From contig NIVC01002311.1 in assembly GCA_002269645.1 (NCBI GenBank), forward strand, positions 62,001 through 126,000: a DNA stretch of 64,000 bases, read 5' to 3'. Shown in pieces: positions 33,404 through 64,000 of the stretch. The notes under the pieces were generated by a model. It ran no database searches. It was not told the DNA's origin and was given only the letters and a program-made list of their open reading frames with translations. A program made the translations under genes and the position numbers. Position 1 is the first letter of the stretch. Each line of letters begins with the position of its first letter. This DNA comes from Macrostomum lignano. Lineage: Eukaryota.

Positions 33404-36400
33404 TCTTATTCTGCTTCTTTCGCTACGAGCCTGAACCACGAATACTGAAACTTCTGAAAGTGAGTGAGAGGACTTGTGTTTCACGAAAAAAGTATATCTA
33501 CTTTGCGACAATGACAAATAAACGTGACGCTCTGTCAAAACTTCGTTAAAAGTGTCCACTTCATTCATTAGAGTAAATTCGTAAGATCGTAATTTACTAT
33601 ATTAAAAAAATATTTATAATAAACCATTAATTAACTATACGCTTGTAACAAGGGACCCCAAGGCTGCATAAAAGGAAAATTTAGTAGTGCGGGGCACTGG
33701 GCAGGAAATCTCGGACGGCGCGAATATTTTTTAATGGCGCGAAAAAAATGGTTGCCTCTCAGTCCCACCACTGGAATTAACAAACACCAAGAAAGAATAG
33801 GGCGTAATAATCAGCTAAAAACACGGTAAAAACCTCATTTGAAAGGATAAATGAAAATCTAATGATATAACTTAAGTTAGGTTTTTGTGCACTCGAAATA
33901 TTTTCAACTACTGCGCACTTTGTTATTTGTTTAATTGAGACATCAGTATCGCGCTATCATTTTCAAAATATTTTAATTTGCAAAATTGCGCAGCACAGGG
34001 CCGCCAAATACCAAACCATTAGCAGGCCCAGCTATTACTTACGCGAGGAGAAACAAGGCATGCGTGTGCTCAGTTTTGTTGTCCGTACGTGCGTACGTAC
34101 CATCAAAACCCTAGGGACAGACTAAACCCCGTAAATAAATCCTATCTCTTGAGTTCCCTTGTGAGAATTAAGGAAACAGTGTTTCATTGGACGATCATAT
34201 GGTATAGACATAGTGTATTTGCAAATAAAATTTTGAAATATTATTTTTTTGCCTTTCGGCTTTTCAATATCTTTGAAAAAAATGTTTCATGACCTATTCT
34301 AATTTATAGTTCTTGACATAGATAGAATTTTTATATATTAATATTTTTCTAAAATTCCTATCAATGTAATGTAGGCCTAACCAATGTTATGTACTTATGT
34401 TATTGTTTTTATTGGAACTTAATACATTTGATAACATGAAAAAGGCTGCTGATGTTGCATGTTTAACTTTAGGAGTAATATTAGAATAAGTGTAATAATA
34501 TATGTCCCAGGACCCAGGGCTCTTATTTATTCTTTTGTTTAGCCTTACTTGCTGCCACCAAGCTGTTGCAGGGGTTATTCCTTCTTGTTAATATTGCTGG
34601 TTATTACTTGCCTTTTACTTGTAGCACATGTACTTCTATTGGTAGCATCTGTACTTCTATTGGTAGTGTATGTACTTTTACTAGTAGCATCTGTACTTCT
34701 ATTGTACTTTCTGGCCTGAGTGGTCTTTTTAGGCACTGTCTATCCTATTCCTATACTCCCCAAAGATATTATTCTCAGTCCTGGGCGTTCCTGGGATCAG
34801 AGGGTCACAGCGCACTTCACTGGGTATTCTGCCCTGAGGCGGGTTTCTCAGACTCTAAGCCTGGATTTCTCTACCCTGTGGTAGGATCTCTACCTCCTAA
34901 ACGCGGGTTACTAGACTCCTAAGTCTAGGATTTCTCATTCTCTGAGAATGGGTTGAACTCTCCCAATCTTGGGGCTTCTGATGCTTCTAAAATAACTAAG
35001 TCAGTAAGTATCGAGCAATATACTAGAACAGTTTTAAGCTTGAAGCCAGCAAAGCACAAGTTGCACAAGTTGCTCTCCTTCTTATTCGGCTCGTGTATTT
35101 ATACTCCTCTTGATTTGGTCTTTTAAACAAATAAAATTTCATAATTTCATAAATTTCATTTAAAATATTTACAATAGGGGCCTATTACTAATAGTATGCA
35201 TATTAAAACAAAATATTCTAGTTTCAAATATACTACTTTCTAGGAAACAACAATGCTAAAATAAGGCCTACCTCATTTTTTTTGTCTGAGTACCCACATA
35301 AAGAGCCATTTTTATTAGGGTAGGCACACTTTAAAAGACCCAGTAATGGTTGAAGTAGTAAGTGCATATGTGGCTCTATAATGCCTAAGGCAGACAGAGA
35401 ATCCATGTTTTGGAAGGAACTTGACAAGCTGATCTTCTATCTTGATTAGTATCCTACATCTATGCTTTTTAGTGCCTTGCATTTTGGTGTTCCAGTTTGC
35501 TTTTTAGTGCCTAGTGTAGTCAAAGATGAGCCCTGATTTAATATTAAGTGCTTTGCAGTACTTCTTTGCTTTCTAAGGTACTGTTCAATTTGTTAGGCTG
35601 ACCTGCTAGCCTCTTTTAATTTTTTAAAGTCTTGTTTCTTTTAACTTTATTGTTTTGATTTCTTGAAAAATCAAAATATAATTGCATGTTGCTCAAGAAA
35701 TCAATGCTAAAATAGATCTGTCTCAATATTATTTTATCAAACTACATATAACATTATTGGTGATATATTTTCTTAACCAAACTATCTAATTCCTAGTTTT
35801 ACTAAGCCCTAAGCCCTAGTTTTACTAATTCTAAATGTTAGATATTCCTATTATCATTTAAGATGAAATTGCAATTATGGATCAATTGTGATCATGGTCA
35901 TGATCATAAAAACCATGATCATGAGATAAAAATCATGCATGGTCTTTTGCCAATCACAATTTATGAATTTTATTAATTAAACCTTACTTTAAAAAAAGTT
36001 TTTTAAGGAAATGATTGTGAAAAGCAAACTGAAATTGCAACAAATCAGCGCAGACAGATATAACAAAGCCATATAATAAAATACAGTCAAACAATTAATA
36101 TGAAAAAACAAAGCTTAAAAATTATGCTATACTCTGTAGTATTAATATTAATAATAATTCTGTACAGACTGTGCTTAAATTAAAATATAGCCTATGTTAT
36201 AAAAAATGCATAGTAATATACAGTTTCCTGCATGGTCTAGTTCTAATCATGCATAAAAAGAAAATCATAGTTGGTCAATCCCTAGTTGTAATAGAGATAT
36301 TTATTTGATCCTAGGATATCTTACAATTAATGATTAAGCTACCAAGTTATAACATGTCTTTAATGTATATATTTATTTCTAAGAATTATTAGTAGAATAT

Positions 36401-37573
36401 AGTTAAGTTTTCTAATTTTAATAGCAATAAATTTTTGGTAGTGTATATATGTATAGAAAATATTTTATAAATTAAAGCAAAAATATTTTTGAACTTTTTT
36501 AGTTGCTTTTCTAAAAAGGTAAGAACACTTTGAAGAGTTTCTTTCTTTAATATAAATTTTTGAATAAAAGGAAAGTATAGTGAAAAATAATGAACAAAAA
36601 ATGGTACTAGTCAAGGACAACTCAAGTAGAACAGGAAACTACAGTTCTTGTAAAACATTAAAAAGGCTGCTTCTTACCAAAAATACACTATGGAGATAAG
36701 AACTTTTCATGGTTTTCCATATTAAAATTTTTATTGATTTTGATAGCATGCAAACCTAATGTTTATATATTTTGCCTTTCTTATAGCTCTATTGATTTTT
36801 TATAAAGCTTTTGTTCAGAAAATAAGGATTCTATGTTAATTTGTTATTATTAATTAAAGCTTAATAAAGTATTAAATTATTATTAGAATATCTTATTTAT
36901 TAAATAAAGTAACATCTGCTATGGTAGGCTTACTACTGACACCTTGGGCAAGATTGACAAGTAGACAATCTTTTTAAAGGTGGCACTTCTACTAGTATAG
37001 CAATTTACATTGATTGACTGCAGCTCTTACTACATACAATTGCAATCAGAGTGTTCTAAAAAAGTGGCCTTCCTTTTCTCTGGCTAATTGGCTTAGCTTA
37101 GAGCTATGATGAACAATGACATGTTTGGCTTTGGCTGCTTGTTAACAGGGTTTTTACCACGGGTCTTGAGCAAGTTTTGTATTTTCAATGTAACAATGTA
37201 CAGATTGCACAAAAGTTGTGTATAAATTGTCTTTCAAAATTATTTTCCAAGGCATGCTATGCCACCTTCCTGACTATGGTTACTTATTGCTTATATTTTA
37301 TAGTATATATTTAATTTACTATAATTATAAAGTCTAATAATAGCCAGCAACAAACTATTCAAGTTTGTTTCACCTACTTAATTTTTTACTACTCATCTTG
37401 AGCTTGGCTAAAAAATCTGAAAAATCCAAATTCCCAAGTAGAGTATGTCTAACCTAAACAAAATAATAAGCTTCAATTTAAAAATGTTTTCAATGTTTAC
37501 CCATTGGCTTATTTTATCAATGCTGATATAACACATATTTACAATATTATTAATTGCATGCAGCTCATTTAAC

Positions 37574-61805
<24,232 letters not shown>

Positions 61806-61969
61806 ACTGCTAGCGGTTTTGCTGGGCCTGCCGTGATGATCAACCGGATATTGCTGGCTAGTACAGATACGAAAGCGTTAGGGCTTTTTTTGTTATGCTG
61901 TTCTTTTCAGTAGCTTATGACCGGTTGGTATCGGTTCTTGGTAGTCCGTTTTTAGTCTGAATGCTTTTG

Positions 61970-61986
61970 TGTGTCGTGTGTCTGCC

Positions 61987-62019
<33 letters not shown>

Positions 62020-62062
62020 GCCTGTCTGCCTGTCTGCCTGTCTGTCTGCGTGTCTGTCTGTC
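61970..62062. repeat. (TGTC)n microsatellite, probably in the ACLY 3' UTR
   Basis: Direct reading. Confidence 0.85.
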
Positions 62063-62912
62063 AACCTGTTGTATTCCTTTCGTAATTAATGATATTTTTA
62101 TTTGCAAGTCAGCAGGTGCGCACAATCAGGAATCCTTAAGATATATATTGAAGGAGTATGTTGGAAAAGAAACTCAAAATATCTACACGGGAAATGACAT
62201 TGCTATGAAAATGTTGCCTCATTGTCGCAACTGTTGCACCTTGCCTCTCTTATAGTTCAGTAGCTCGTGTCGATGTCAATTTTTATCAGTCACTTTGTTT
62301 CCGCTTATTTAGTGTTTGCTTAGAGAAAAGTTGGGCTAGCAGTTAGCTTTCTCACCAAACAATGTTTTTTATATCGATCTGTCGTCTGTCGTCTGTCGTA
62401 AAATAGCTGATTGCCAATATTTTAATCCCACGCACATAAACAAAAGGTTGTAGTAGTGAGATTATTCGTCAAAGGTTGTAGTCATGCTGCTTTTATATGT
62501 CTCCAGCCATATCTCTGCGTCACTCTTTTAATTTCCGTTAATTTTGTTTTATTTGTTTTACTTCGCAATTAATAAGCTTGTTTTAATGCCGGAAAATTTG
62601 TTTAAACTAGCCCCAGAAAAGTTATTAATATAATTCTTGATTATGATTTTTTTCAACGCAGCATTGAATGACGAATCCAATTTGGAAGCATAATATTAGA
62701 ATTTAATGTAATACGCTAGTTTAGTTCCTGTGATAGCGGCATACGACGTTATAATATAATAATTTATCATATTTTGTTTTGCAGTTGCAACAGTAGTTTA
62801 TATCATATTCTAATTCCGACACTTCAAGTTCCCTATTTGCCCTATTAAATATTATCGAACTGTTTTATGCTATGCACGTTATTTTACTGTAGGTCTAGAC
62901 AGACACTGTATT

Positions 62913-62918
62913 AATAAA
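62913..62918 (+). terminator. Candidate ACLY polyadenylation signal
   Basis: First clear AATAAA I found after the stop, about 1.1 kb downstream. Confidence 0.35.
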
Positions 62919-63044
62919 TAAATATTGCTGCATATATTCAATATGTAGTGGACACTTTACTAGCTTGTTGTGGCATTGCAAAAATGTTCTAAGTGGTTTG
63001 ATTAAATCGACCTGGTTACTTTAATTATACCGGCTGTGAATACC

Positions 63045-63905
63045 TTCTTTCACACCTGTGAACGCCCTCTTTCTCACCTGTGAATATACTCTCGCCTGTG
63101 AATGCCCTCTCTCTCACCTGTGAATATACTCTCACCTGTGAATGCCCTCTCTCTCACCTGTGAATATAGTCTCACCTGTGAATGCCCTCTCACCTGTGAA
63201 CGCCCTCTCTCTCACCTGTGAATATACTCTCGCCTGTGAATGCCCTCTCACCTGTGAATATCCTCTCACACCTATGAATATCCTCTCTCCCTTTTGAATA
63301 TCCTCTCTCTCACCTGTGAACGCCCTCTCTCCTGTGAATATCCTCTCACCTGTGAATGCCCTCTCTCCTGTGAATATCCTCTCACCTGTGAATGCCCTCT
63401 CTCCTGTGAATATCATCTCACATGTGAATGCCCTCTCTCACTTGTGAATATCCTCTCACCTGTGAATGCCCTCTCTCACTTGTGAATATCATCTCACCTG
63501 TGAATGCCCTCTCTCGCCTGTGAATAGCATCTCACCTGTGAATGCCTCTCTCACCTGTGAATAGCATCTCACCTGTGAATGCCCTCTCTCACCTATGAAT
63601 AACCTCTCTCTCACATTCGAATATCCTCTCTCTCACATTCGAATATCCTCTCTCTCACCTGTGAATATCCTCCCACCTGTGAATATTCTCTCACATCTGA
63701 CTGTCCCCTTCACACCTGTGACTGTCCCCTCTCTACCTGTGACCGTCCCCTTCCCACCTGTGACTGTCCTCTCCTTCCCATCCGTGACTGTCTTCTCTCC
63801 TTTTGTGACTGTCCCCTCTCCACCTGTGACCGCGTCCTCCCATCTGTGACCGTCCCCTCTCTACCTGTGACTGCCCCCTCCTCCCCACCTGTGACTGTCC
63901 CATCC
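63045..63905. repeat. Degenerate CTCTCACCTGTGAAT-based array grading into CACCTGTGACTGTCCCC units
   Basis: Direct reading. Confidence 0.85.
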
Positions 63906-64000
63906 CCGGCCTCCCCGTCCCATTCCAGTCTTGTCCTTTACTGCTATTGCACTTTCTCTTCTATCTGCTTATATTTGACTAAGAAGAGCTGCTTAATGCT

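Larger units (their letters stand above)
30276..33773 (+). mobile_element. Internally deleted hAT DNA transposon hosting two younger insertions
   Basis: Perfect 16-bp TIR CAGTGGTGGGACTGAG; 8-bp TSD GAATTAAC (30268-30275, 33774-33781); hAT dimerisation-domain coding remnant. Confidence 0.92.

Noticed and set aside
34564-35126. Solo LTR (TGTTG...AAACA, minus-strand TATAAATA, short 21-bp repeats)
   Set aside because: No TSD, and the TATA box is implausibly close to the proposed end
34300-37500. Hidden gene or ACLY promoter in the long AT-rich stretch
   Set aside because: No ORF, splice pattern or promoter motif that I can support from sequence alone

Overview
Repeat-rich animal genomic DNA with GT-AG introns; no prokaryotic features. 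The style resembles an invertebrate such as a free-living flatworm, which is inference only. Three + strand spliced genes were reconstructed by hand. (1) The 3' part of a tandem WSC-domain gene built from repeated [12-nt microexon + WSC exon] modules (1237-8291). (2) A complete ANKLE2/LEM4-like gene (3 coding exons, 22190-27531, 843 aa). (3) A complete ATP-citrate lyase, ACLY (12 coding exons, 37574-61805, 1110 aa), whose large introns are mostly filled with different tandem arrays. Mobile DNA includes solo LTRs, a CORE-like SINE, a decayed Ty3/Gypsy element with discordant LTRs, hAT-type non-autonomous elements with internal repeat expansions, and a nested hAT > mariner + MITE stack. The most unusual object is a non-autonomous LTR element in LTR-internal-LTR-internal-LTR form (16136-18786). 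It has a PBS, a PPT and one 4-bp TSD, and its outer LTRs are near-identical while the middle one is diverged, as expected if a TRIM-like dimer retrotransposed as one unit. Most ORFs in the supplied track are artefacts of tandem repeats. All coordinates and counts were obtained by eye, not by software.
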